From Holophagae bacterium (GTDB lineage: Bacteria > Acidobacteriota > Holophagae > Acanthopleuribacterales > Acanthopleuribacteraceae): 64,000 bases of DNA. Positions 36,401 to 44,982 of the stretch are shown here, in pieces. The notes below the pieces were generated by a model. That model was given only the letters and a program-made list of their open reading frames with translations, was not told the DNA's origin and searched no databases. The first letter of the stretch is position 1. Every line of letters starts with the position of its first letter. A program made the position numbers and the translations under genes. The stretch is from contig JAJCXM010000020.1 of the NCBI GenBank assembly GCA_029263455.1, positions 186,753-250,752 of the forward strand. The letters run 5' to 3'.

Positions 36401-38638
36401 ATGCGTAATCAATTGAGTTCTTATATTTTATGGCTGATAGCAATCAGTGCAGGCGTCTGTTATGGACAGCAAATCGAACTAAAGGTAGGCTCGCTGACGG
36501 TTGATCCTGCTTCCGCGACTGTGGCTTCGTGTGTACAGATCCCCATTCTAATCAATGACCCGATGAGTGGTCGTGATTTACGTGATATGACCTTCACCGT
36601 CGAATTTTCAGGCGATACCGGCATTATTGATGGTGGTATCGCGGTCAATATGGTCGTCGCCAATGCTTTTTCAGGCGCACCCCAAACTGGCTTATCTAAT
36701 CCCGGTACGGATTTAGATAATATTAACCCGGCGCCAGGTCCCGGCAGTCCCTCTTGCTCGGCTATTTTTAATCAGGCGACAGAGGGTAGTGGCGCTCCCA
36801 TAGACTTTTTGCAGGGGACCGGCGCCGCCAGTTGGTTTATTAATAACAATCAGGGTGCGATAGGTCGCAAGCAAGGATTTGTGATCGATCCATTTGCAAA
36901 TGGATCGATTTCGAGCAGCGTGGCTGGAGATCAACTTATTGCCGTGCTTGAAATACCCATTATCGCTAACCCGGGCGTCGCGCAGCTTCTAATTACGGCA
37001 ACGCCCAATGGGGTCGTTACAGATGCCAACGTATTTACCTGGGATGATGGCACCGACAGCGACGGCAAGCGTGTCCAAATTTCGGAATCCTTATCCTTGC
37101 CAGTCGCTCCTGCAGTGGTTAACTTTTTTGATGTTGTTGATTGCGCAGGCGCAACAGCCAGCCCGGACCCGGCCACCTGGGCAGACCCCAACGATGGCGG
37201 GCTTGGCGGCGTTTTGTTCTTTTCCTTTCCTGGCACAAGCCTCGTCGATCATGTCCATTTAACGGGAAGCGGCGGTCTAGATCTGACGATCGGTTCCGGT
37301 GGAGCTACAACGGCGGTTGCGATCGATACAACAACTGATAGCTCTCCAGATCCCGCAACAAACCCGAACACTTATACAGCTGTATATAATGTCGAATTTC
37401 CACCGGCTTCAGGTACCTTCGTATCGGGAGCGCCTTGCAATATCAATGTGCCCTGGGCGGCGCCTTCGTGCACGGTGGCCTTTACCAACACGCCAGTCGT
37501 GGGTATGAGTACCGATATTAATGTGACGCTCGTAAATGCGCAGTGGGATGGGGCTCGTTACGGGGTGCTTGATGCCAACGGTATGATGGTTGATCTAGTG
37601 GTTCCGTCAGCAGGCGCGGGCACCAACACATTACAATTCAATGGTGTTTTCCCCATTGCGGCGGTCGCACCTGGTGATGCAGGTATTTACCAAGTTACGG
37701 GTTCCGGACCTGGTGGGCCATTTAACTGTTCGGTGAATTTGGTGCTTGACCCGCCCGTCAATATGACTAACTGCGCAACCATCACAACGGCCGTCATTGG
37801 TGGATCGGTTGATATTGATCTCCAAGGCAACGCGGGAACCATCGATTTTACCGTTATCTATAACGGCACCACATATGACAATCTCCCGGCCGGCGTATTT
37901 TCATTACCAAATATAAGTAGCAATGCACCTACTATTGAAATCAGAGCCAACGGCTTTGATGCCATGGGTAATCCTATTTTTGACTCGATCATATGTAACT
38001 TGAACTTTGCTGCAGCCACTTGTTTTGCAACTCAAAACCCAGATAGCACAGTGACGCCAGTCGATGTTGGCACGGTCATTACGTTGACTTTGACGACGAC
38101 GGGTGCCGTTAGTGCGACAGCTAATGGTGTTCCGATGTCGGTTGTCGCTGGCACCCCCGGCGTGACTGACATGGTGACGTGGGAAGCAACTCATGTGGCC
38201 GTTGCAGATACGATCATTAGTGGTGTCGCGACTAATCCCGATGCTATGACGGTTCAATGTGACTGGGCCATCGACATCAACTGCATTGATCCCTCCATCG
38301 TTTCGGTCGCCCAGGTAGGTGACGTAGGTGTCACAATTGCAGGTACATTCGGTTGTACTTACACCGTCAGAATCACGCAGCACAATAGTGGCACCAGCAG
38401 CGATTATGACGTGTCGATTGATACGTTAATCGATCCGCTCCTTAACACGGGAACGGGAACTTTGAATGTCGTCGTACCGCCTGACTCTTGGATCGAAGTG
38501 GGACAGCAAGGATTCCCAACTGCCACTGCAATGGTACATACCGTGCCTACCTTGGGGATTTGGGCATTGATCGGCTTTGTGATCCTGCTTATGGCATCAG
38601 CTTTGTACTTCATGAGGCGCCCGTCTCTTTCGAAGTAA
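36401..38638 (+). CDS. Large Thr/Gly/Ala-rich secreted surface protein with C-terminal IPTL-CTERM-like sorting signal
   Basis: Start trimmed to the ATG at 36401, which gives a signal peptide ('MRNQLSSYILWLIAISAGVCYGQQ') after an AAGGGGA RBS; the track ORF starts at 36320. The C-terminus 'VPTLGIWALIGFVILLMASALYFMRRPSLSK' is a motif, TM helix and basic tail in the pattern of IPTL-CTERM/PEP-CTERM-class sorting signals. The body is low-complexity and T/G/A/V-rich, so beta-rich and adhesin-like. Confidence 0.6.
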   Translation: MRNQLSSYILWLIAISAGVCYGQQIELKVGSLTVDPASATVASCVQIPILINDPMSGRDLRDMTFTVEFSGDTGIIDGGIAVNMVVANAFSGAPQTGLSNPGTDLDNINPAPGPGSPSCSAIFNQATEGSGAPIDFLQGTGAASWFINNNQGAIGRKQGFVIDPFANGSISSSVAGDQLIAVLEIPIIANPGVAQLLITATPNGVVTDANVFTWDDGTDSDGKRVQISESLSLPVAPAVVNFFDVVDCAGATASPDPATWADPNDGGLGGVLFFSFPGTSLVDHVHLTGSGGLDLTIGSGGATTAVAIDTTTDSSPDPATNPNTYTAVYNVEFPPASGTFVSGAPCNINVPWAAPSCTVAFTNTPVVGMSTDINVTLVNAQWDGARYGVLDANGMMVDLVVPSAGAGTNTLQFNGVFPIAAVAPGDAGIYQVTGSGPGGPFNCSVNLVLDPPVNMTNCATITTAVIGGSVDIDLQGNAGTIDFTVIYNGTTYDNLPAGVFSLPNISSNAPTIEIRANGFDAMGNPIFDSIICNLNFAAATCFATQNPDSTVTPVDVGTVITLTLTTTGAVSATANGVPMSVVAGTPGVTDMVTWEATHVAVADTIISGVATNPDAMTVQCDWAIDINCIDPSIVSVAQVGDVGVTIAGTFGCTYTVRITQHNSGTSSDYDVSIDTLIDPLLNTGTGTLNVVVPPDSWIEVGQQGFPTATAMVHTVPTLGIWALIGFVILLMASALYFMRRPSLSK

Positions 38639-38654
38639 CGGCTTCATAAACGAC

Positions 38655-38686
38655 AGAAGCCCCTCGTTGTGTGGGGCTTCTTTCTT
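38655..38686. terminator. Bidirectional intrinsic terminator between convergent genes
   Basis: Perfect 9-bp GC-rich inverted repeat 'agaagcccc'(38655-63) and 'ggggcttct'(38673-81) with a 9-nt loop, followed by 'ttcttg'. It lies between the IPTL-CTERM-like protein gene (+ strand, ends 38638) and pilT (minus strand, ends 38768). Confidence 0.6.
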
Positions 38687-38767
38687 GAGGCCAGCTGGTG
38701 CCAAGTAAATAGTGTTGGCGGTTTATGCGTGGTACGCGGGCCTTCCGCCTGAGCGATTTACGACGCT

Positions 38768-39844
38768 TTAGTCGAAACTAAGGGCTCGTTCGAAATCGGA
38801 AGGGCTGGTCGCGGCTTCACGTGCCACTTCCAAAGCTATTAGACCGTCTTTGTATAGACGGGAGAGGTGCATGTCAAAGGTCTGCATACCGTATTGCAAG
38901 TGACCTTCCATAATGACGTCTTTGAGACCACCTGTTTTGTCTTCGTCAACAATGTATTCGCGGACGCGGGGGGTAACGATCATGATTTCGACAGCGGGCA
39001 CGCGTCCGCTGCCGTCGCAACGTTGAATCAGCCTTTGCGATATGGTGGCTTGTAATGCATCTGCCAAACGGTAACGAGCCGCTTGTTGGGCTTGTGAAGG
39101 AAAAACCGAGATCAGTCGTCCGATGGTTTTAGCCGCATCGGTTGTGTGCGCGGTTGAAAAGACTAGATGACCTGTTTCGGCCGCTTTGATAGCGGTATCA
39201 ATGGTTTCGTAATCCCGCATTTCGCCAACCAATATAATGTCAGGATCCTGACGAAGAGCCGCTCTCAGTGCTGCCGCAAACGTTTCTGTGTCCCGTTCAA
39301 CTTCGCGTTGCGTTACGAAACATTTTTGATGGCTGTGCAAATACTCGATGGGATCTTCAATGGTCAGAATATGTTTGCCAGATCGTTTGAGGTTTATTTC
39401 GTTGATTAAGGCGGCAAGCGTTGAGGACTTACCGCTTCCGGTTACGCCCGTTACCAAGACCAGTCCGCGTTCTTCAAAGGCAATCTTGCGGATGGTGTCC
39501 GGTAGATTCAATGAATCAATGGTGGGAATATCTGGAGAGATGATTCGCAAAACGACACCAAAGCTGCCGCGCTGTCGAAATATGTTGACGCGGAAGCGCG
39601 ACAATTGCGGAATGCTATAGCTTGTGTCGTATTCCATAACTTCTTCGATATGCATTCGGTTGTCATTACGTAGAATGATTTCTGCTACTTTTTGGGTGTC
39701 AAGCGGGTCGAGTAGTTTACCCTTGATCGGGATTAACGTACCTTTCATGCGGTAGCAGGGTGGGGCACCGACAAAAAAATGGATGTCACTGGCGCCATGC
39801 TTAACGCCAGCAGTGAGTAGCTGATTCAGTAGCAGCTGGTCCAT
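38768..39844 (-). CDS. pilT: Type IV pilus retraction ATPase PilT
   Basis: 'ASDIHF', Walker A 'VLVTGVTGSGKSSTLAALINEIN', 'ILTIEDPIEY', 'DIILVGEMRD', 'GHLVFSTAHT'. The 358-aa size is typical of PilT/PilU. Confidence 0.9.
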   Translation of the reverse strand: MDQLLLNQLLTAGVKHGASDIHFFVGAPPCYRMKGTLIPIKGKLLDPLDTQKVAEIILRNDNRMHIEEVMEYDTSYSIPQLSRFRVNIFRQRGSFGVVLRIISPDIPTIDSLNLPDTIRKIAFEERGLVLVTGVTGSGKSSTLAALINEINLKRSGKHILTIEDPIEYLHSHQKCFVTQREVERDTETFAAALRAALRQDPDIILVGEMRDYETIDTAIKAAETGHLVFSTAHTTDAAKTIGRLISVFPSQAQQAARYRLADALQATISQRLIQRCDGSGRVPAVEIMIVTPRVREYIVDEDKTGGLKDVIMEGHLQYGMQTFDMHLSRLYKDGLIALEVAREAATSPSDFERALSFD

Positions 39845-40012
39845 AGGTACCTCTGTTGTAGCCGATTACTTAAACATCCACCTTAGGATGCGGCGAACGT
39901 GCCGTCAAGTTAGATTGATGGCTTGCCTTAAAATAGCCGCCTACCGCAATTTCACCGTGGTGGCTGGGGATTTGGGGTATAGTTTGCGTTGTTCTAATTA
40001 CGGAGGTACTGA

Positions 40013-40787
40013 AATGTTAGATTGCCTACTCTTGTCACTGATGGTGTTCATTCCCGGGGATGACGCCGATAAATGGCTGCAAAAAATGGCCGATGTGTAT
40101 AAAAAAGCACCGCTTTCAATGGATATCGAAGCCAAGATGAACATCAACCAAATGGGCATGCAAATGGCGATGGACATGACGGGAACCATGACCTACAAAG
40201 ATGAAACGCACCAGCACACCACCATGGCGGTGCAAATGAAAATGCCTGAATCTTCCGCTCAACAGGGCATGCCTAGTTCCATGGACATGGCCATCAAAAC
40301 CGTTTTTGACGGCGAAATCATGTGGATCGAAACCAATATGATCAGCATGGGCATGAAGCAAGTGATGAAAATGTCCAAAGAGACGATGGAGACAATGGCC
40401 GAAAAACAAGGCTTGCAGGGAATGAGCTTCACCAGTGGAGGCCTAGATCCCAGTAAAATGATCGAAACCATGAAAAGCATGATGGAAATTCAAGTTGCGG
40501 GTCAGGCTGACGGCAAGGTCACCTTGGAAGCCGAACTAACTGAAGAAACCAAAGCAACAATGGGTGATTCCGGTCTCGATATCGGCAAATTCACCATTGT
40601 GATGGATGAAGCTAACGTTTTTCCAATGCAAATCCAAGTGATGTCTGGCGATGCGCCCATGATGGACATGACCTATTCGAATGTTAAGTTTCTGGAGACC
40701 GTTGAAGACGCGCTCTTTGAATATGAGCCACCAGAAGGCGTTATGGTTCAAGACATGGACACCATGCTCGGAGCCGCGGCTCAGTAA
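40013..40787 (+). CDS. Extremely methionine-rich protein with LolA-like C-terminal signature
   Basis: Start set at the ATG 8 nt after 'ACGGAGGT' (40013); the track ORF starts at 39888. About 40 Met in about 258 aa (roughly 15%), with MxM runs ('MGMQMAMDMTGTMTY', 'MISMGMKQVMKMSKETMETM') and an 'HQH' motif. The C-terminal 'KFLETVEDALFEYEPPEGVMVQDM' resembles the tail of LolA/DUF4367-fold proteins. Confidence 0.55.
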
Positions 40788-40824
40788 TAATCTCGGGCGT
40801 GGCAATCACTTGTCACGCCCTTGT

Positions 40825-43326
40825 TCATTGTCGCTGGTTCAACATGTCTGCTACCTGTATTGCCGCAGGGGTCTGTGTAGAAGATAGCTGACTCGTAAGC
40901 TGATCCATTTCAGGGATACTAGGATCCAATGCCCTCCATGCCTGAAATGACGATATCGCATCTTGCGATTGGTTCAATCTGGCATAGGCAAGGATTAGAC
41001 GGGGATATTCTGATTTCATTTCTGGTCGGTCTCGGATGACTGCCGCTAACCAGTCAGCTAACAATTGGTCCTTGCCTTGCAATTCCAAGATGACTGCTTT
41101 GTAGCTTAGCGTGTCTGTTAAGTTAGGATCGATCTCAATCAGTGTTTCCGTGTGTTTCATGGCTTTTGGATATTGCTTGTGTGCTATCAGCAACTTGATG
41201 TAATTCAAAGTTGTTCTGACGTACTCAACGTGTGATGCTCCAACGCTGGGTTCTAGGATGCTAAGCGCTTGTTGATAAAGAGATTCGGCTGCCGAGAAGT
41301 GGCCCATTCGCCGTTGTACATTGGCCAAATTGTTGAGCGACATGGCCACATCGACGTGTTCAGGACCCAATACCTTAACCTGGCGTTGATAGGTGTCTTG
41401 ATACCAGCGTTGTGCTTCCTCATAGGCGCGTTGTGCATAACTGACCGCACCAATATTATTGGCTGATAGAAGGGTTTGCTGATGATCGGGTCCTAGTACA
41501 CTCATACGCGAAGCATATGCTTGGCGGTATATCCGCTCTGCTTCAGGCAGTTGACCGTCTGCAAATAGTGCGTTGGCCAAATTGTTCAGCGTCTCGATCG
41601 TGTCAGGGTGGTGTTTGCCGAGCACTTTCTCACGCCGAGCAAGCACCTCGCGATAGATTCTTTCTGCGTCTTGTAATTGGTCTCGTCGCCTTAGCAAATT
41701 TGCTAGCTGATGTTGAGAATACAGTGTGTCTTGATGGTCAGCACCAAGGATACGGATTTGGTTCTTTAGGTTTACGCGTAACATGGACTCGGCTTCAATA
41801 ATACGATCCGCTCTGTAGATCGCGTGCGCACACAGGGTGGTTGCATAGAGCACGATGGGATCGTCGATGCCCATTATTTTACGGCGCTCACTGATGACGG
41901 CTCGCGCTAGATCCTCAGCTAACTGGAATTGACCTTGTCGCAGTCGGATATCGGCAAGGCATAGTTTCGTATCAAGCGTCTCGAGGTGCTCGGCGCCCAT
42001 GAGCCTAAGTTGGCTTGTAAGTGCCGCTTCTAGCATTTCTTCTGCTCGTTCATAGTCACCGAGCGCTGTAAACGTTTTACCAAGTGTCCGTTGAACGCGG
42101 GCTTTAAGTTCAGGTTGGTCCTCAAAAAATGAATCGAGCCTTTGGGCTTGTGTTTCTAAAACCTGGCTCATTCTGATTTGGCGACCATCATGCCTTGGAT
42201 CGGGCGACGTCAATAACTGTTCCAAAAAGGCGTTGATGGTTCGGTTCTGCTCGGATTCGAGCTGTAACTGCTTAGCGGAAGCTTTGACTTGGATGAGACT
42301 GTAAATGGTCATCGTCGTAGCCGTAAAGAGAGCCAAGGTCATCAACAAGCCAGTTAGGACCCCAAATCGATGGCGTTGGGTGAATTTCTTGATGCGATAG
42401 GTGCGTGAGTGAGGACCCGCCGAGACCGGCTCGTTGCGTAATAAGTGTCGAATGTCAGCTGCGAAATCGGCAACGGATTCGTAGCGCCCGTTCATATCTC
42501 GTGCTAACGCTTTGACGGCGATCCAGTCCAGCTCACCCTTGAGTTCCTTTAATAGGCTAGCAGGGTCGGTGCGACGAAAAATCGCGATGTCGCTAGCGGA
42601 ATCGCCTAAAGAGAGAAGTCTCTGGCTAGGACATGGCGGATCTTCATCAAGCACATGTTTGATATATGAAAAAGCAGATTTTGCTCGGAGATCGAAGGGG
42701 AGATGGCCAATTAATAGTTCGTAGAGAATCAAGCCGAGCGAGTAGATGTCCGTGCGCACGTCGACAGTTTGACCGGCCGCTTGTTCTGGACTCATGTAGA
42801 AAGGGGTCCCGATCATTTGACCATCTTGCGTCATCTCACCCTTATTGCTGAGATCTTTGGCCAGCCCAAAGTCGATGATCTTGATTTTGTAATTGCCGTT
42901 CTCCTTGAATCCCAAGATGTTGGAGGGTTTCAGATCACGGTGGATGATGCCCTTTTGATGCGCGTGCTGGACCCCGTTGCAAACGGCAAGAAAAAGTTCC
43001 AAGCGGGACCGAGCGGTAAGGTGATGTTTGTCGGCGAAATGAATAATGGGCTGTCCTGGTACGTATTCCATGGCGAAATAGGGTCGACCATCGTCCGTTG
43101 TGCCAGCATCGAGGATCGTTGCCACACACGCATGATTCATCATGGCTAGCGCATCGCGCTCTAGTTGGAAGCGTTCAAGAACGGCTTCAGACAGTTTTCC
43201 TTGATGAAGAAGTTTGAGGGCCACGATTCTGTGAACCGGATGCTTCTGTTCAGCACGGTAAACAACACCCATGCCGCCGCTCCCTAGCTCCTCAAGTACG
43301 TAATACGGCCCAATCATTTCTGCCAA
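40825..43326 (-). CDS. Serine/threonine protein kinase with TM segment and C-terminal TPR repeats
   Basis: Kinase motifs 'LGSGGMGVVYRA', 'VALK', 'HRDLKPSNIL', 'DFGLAK', 'GTPFYMSPEQ'. TM helix 'LLMTLALFTATTMTIY'. About 450 aa of TPR-like repeats ('LNNLANVQRRMGHFSAAESLYQQAL', etc.). Confidence 0.8.
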   Translation of the reverse strand: MAEMIGPYYVLEELGSGGMGVVYRAEQKHPVHRIVALKLLHQGKLSEAVLERFQLERDALAMMNHACVATILDAGTTDDGRPYFAMEYVPGQPIIHFADKHHLTARSRLELFLAVCNGVQHAHQKGIIHRDLKPSNILGFKENGNYKIKIIDFGLAKDLSNKGEMTQDGQMIGTPFYMSPEQAAGQTVDVRTDIYSLGLILYELLIGHLPFDLRAKSAFSYIKHVLDEDPPCPSQRLLSLGDSASDIAIFRRTDPASLLKELKGELDWIAVKALARDMNGRYESVADFAADIRHLLRNEPVSAGPHSRTYRIKKFTQRHRFGVLTGLLMTLALFTATTMTIYSLIQVKASAKQLQLESEQNRTINAFLEQLLTSPDPRHDGRQIRMSQVLETQAQRLDSFFEDQPELKARVQRTLGKTFTALGDYERAEEMLEAALTSQLRLMGAEHLETLDTKLCLADIRLRQGQFQLAEDLARAVISERRKIMGIDDPIVLYATTLCAHAIYRADRIIEAESMLRVNLKNQIRILGADHQDTLYSQHQLANLLRRRDQLQDAERIYREVLARREKVLGKHHPDTIETLNNLANALFADGQLPEAERIYRQAYASRMSVLGPDHQQTLLSANNIGAVSYAQRAYEEAQRWYQDTYQRQVKVLGPEHVDVAMSLNNLANVQRRMGHFSAAESLYQQALSILEPSVGASHVEYVRTTLNYIKLLIAHKQYPKAMKHTETLIEIDPNLTDTLSYKAVILELQGKDQLLADWLAAVIRDRPEMKSEYPRLILAYARLNQSQDAISSFQAWRALDPSIPEMDQLTSQLSSTQTPAAIQVADMLNQRQ

Positions 43327-43671
43327 AAGATGTCCCCACTTCTTTTATGGACCTATTATCACGATGGATGTCGAAGAATGTAAGGCTTTTTGACGGTCGT
43401 ATGTGCGTTAAGAGTAAGCAGACCGAGGAAGTCAATTGACAATGCCAGTACGCGTTGAGTCGAATTGTGGGCGATTGGTCTTAAAAAAAGATAAGCGAAC
43501 CTAAACGACGTTGAATGGTTGCCTGGTCTTTTGCAATTGGTCGAAATATTGCAATTCATACTAAGACAGTGCCTTGAGAGGCGCAGCCAGACGAATCGAT
43601 TCCATACCAGCACCATCCAGAATTTTCTCGAAACTGCGGTGGAGTCAAAACGGTTCAGAATGGGAGTTGAC

Positions 43672-44871
43672 ATGCACTATAAGATTGGGACGGCTACCAT
43701 TGACTTGGATCGAGCGACGGTTCGGAACAGGAGTGGTTTGGTCCATTTACGGGAACAGTGTACGGCGGTGTTGGCACTGCTAATGAAACAGCCAGAAACG
43801 CTAATAACGAGGGCGGAGCTGATAGATCAGGTGTGGGATGGTAACGGTTACGTTGGCACGAAGGCTGTTTCTGATGTTATTTGGGAAATTAGGCGCGCAC
43901 TCGAGGATCCCGACAAATGCGTCATCGCTACCATTCGAAATAGAGGATATGAACTTCGTGTAAGGCCTATTGAAAAGCCAGAGGGTCGTTATCTTTGGCG
44001 GCTATTTTGGTTGTCAATTGCTTCGGGAACCTTGCTTTTGGTTCTCAGTGTCCTGTGGTTTCGTCACATTCCAAATTTGTTCGGAATTGGAATTTTTGAA
44101 CAACCTGTTGTCCGCAGCTTCGATATCGAGATGGTCGAAACAGGTTTAAATGATGTCCAGCGTCAAGTGCGAATGGGCAATTATAGGGAAGCACAGCGAT
44201 TGTTGGAACATTTGGACTTGGGCTTGTTGGAGAGGGGAACGGATCCCTATCAATCCATGAATTCTATAAGTCTTCAATTATCTAGAAACTGCCTTTCAAC
44301 AGATTTCGCCTGTCTTGATACAAGTCTCGACATGATGGATAGCGACAATTCTGAACGCAGTTATTACGAGGGCGTTGTCTGGATCGATCAGGGTGAATAT
44401 GACAAAGCGGCGCGTCATTTCCAAGATTTGATAGAGCAAGGTAATCATAAGCCTGACTATCAAGCTGTCTACATAAATGCGTTGGGCTTTTGCGAGTCAA
44501 AACTGGCTAACTATGGGCGAGCTCAAATCTTGTTTGAGCATGCCATTGAGGTAGCGAAGTCACGCAAACAGAAGCATGTTGAACTGAAGGCTTTGGGCAA
44601 CTTAGCCGCCAACTGCGGCCGACTAGAAGATTATGATCAAGCGGTTGCCTTGTACAAAGAATGCATGCGTATCGTGCCCGTTTATGATGAACAGACTAAG
44701 ATCGCGATCGATTTCAATATCCAGCAATTTGAGTTACTGAGCAAGGACCTAAAAGATTGGCGTCTGCTTCATAATCTTGCGACCAGTGGTATGGCTAAAG
44801 CGATCGAATATGATGACCGTAGGCGTCAGCAAGATTGGAACCGTGTATTGCTGTCACTCAAACTGCATTGA
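43672..44871 (+). CDS. Membrane-bound OmpR/PhoB-type winged-helix transcriptional regulator (CadC/ToxR-like) with TPR region
   Basis: Start trimmed to the ATG at 43672, which follows a GGGAG; the track ORF starts at 43519 and an alternative ATG lies at 43660. trans_reg_C-like 'LITRAELIDQVWDGNGYVGTKAVSDVIWEIRRAL...IRNRGYEL'. TM 'LFWLSIASGTLLLVLSVLWF'. TPR-like C-terminus. Confidence 0.6.
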   Translation: MHYKIGTATIDLDRATVRNRSGLVHLREQCTAVLALLMKQPETLITRAELIDQVWDGNGYVGTKAVSDVIWEIRRALEDPDKCVIATIRNRGYELRVRPIEKPEGRYLWRLFWLSIASGTLLLVLSVLWFRHIPNLFGIGIFEQPVVRSFDIEMVETGLNDVQRQVRMGNYREAQRLLEHLDLGLLERGTDPYQSMNSISLQLSRNCLSTDFACLDTSLDMMDSDNSERSYYEGVVWIDQGEYDKAARHFQDLIEQGNHKPDYQAVYINALGFCESKLANYGRAQILFEHAIEVAKSRKQKHVELKALGNLAANCGRLEDYDQAVALYKECMRIVPVYDEQTKIAIDFNIQQFELLSKDLKDWRLLHNLATSGMAKAIEYDDRRRQQDWNRVLLSLKLH

Positions 44872-44928
44872 TAAAATCTCGCAAACAGCAGTAATACGGG
44901 TGAAGCGGTTGGTTCGTCTAAAGATGTG

Positions 44929-44951
44929 AAGGACCCGCGAGGCGGGTCCTT
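44929..44951 (-). terminator. Putative hairpin terminator downstream of the TonB-dependent receptor gene
   Basis: 10-bp inverted repeat 'aaggacccgc'/'gcgggtcctt' with a 3-nt loop. On the minus strand it is followed by 'CACATCTTT'. It lies between convergent genes ending at 44871 (+ strand) and 44983 (minus strand). Confidence 0.4.
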
Positions 44952-44982
44952 CGATGATCCGTCGTAGTAACGGGCTAATGTT

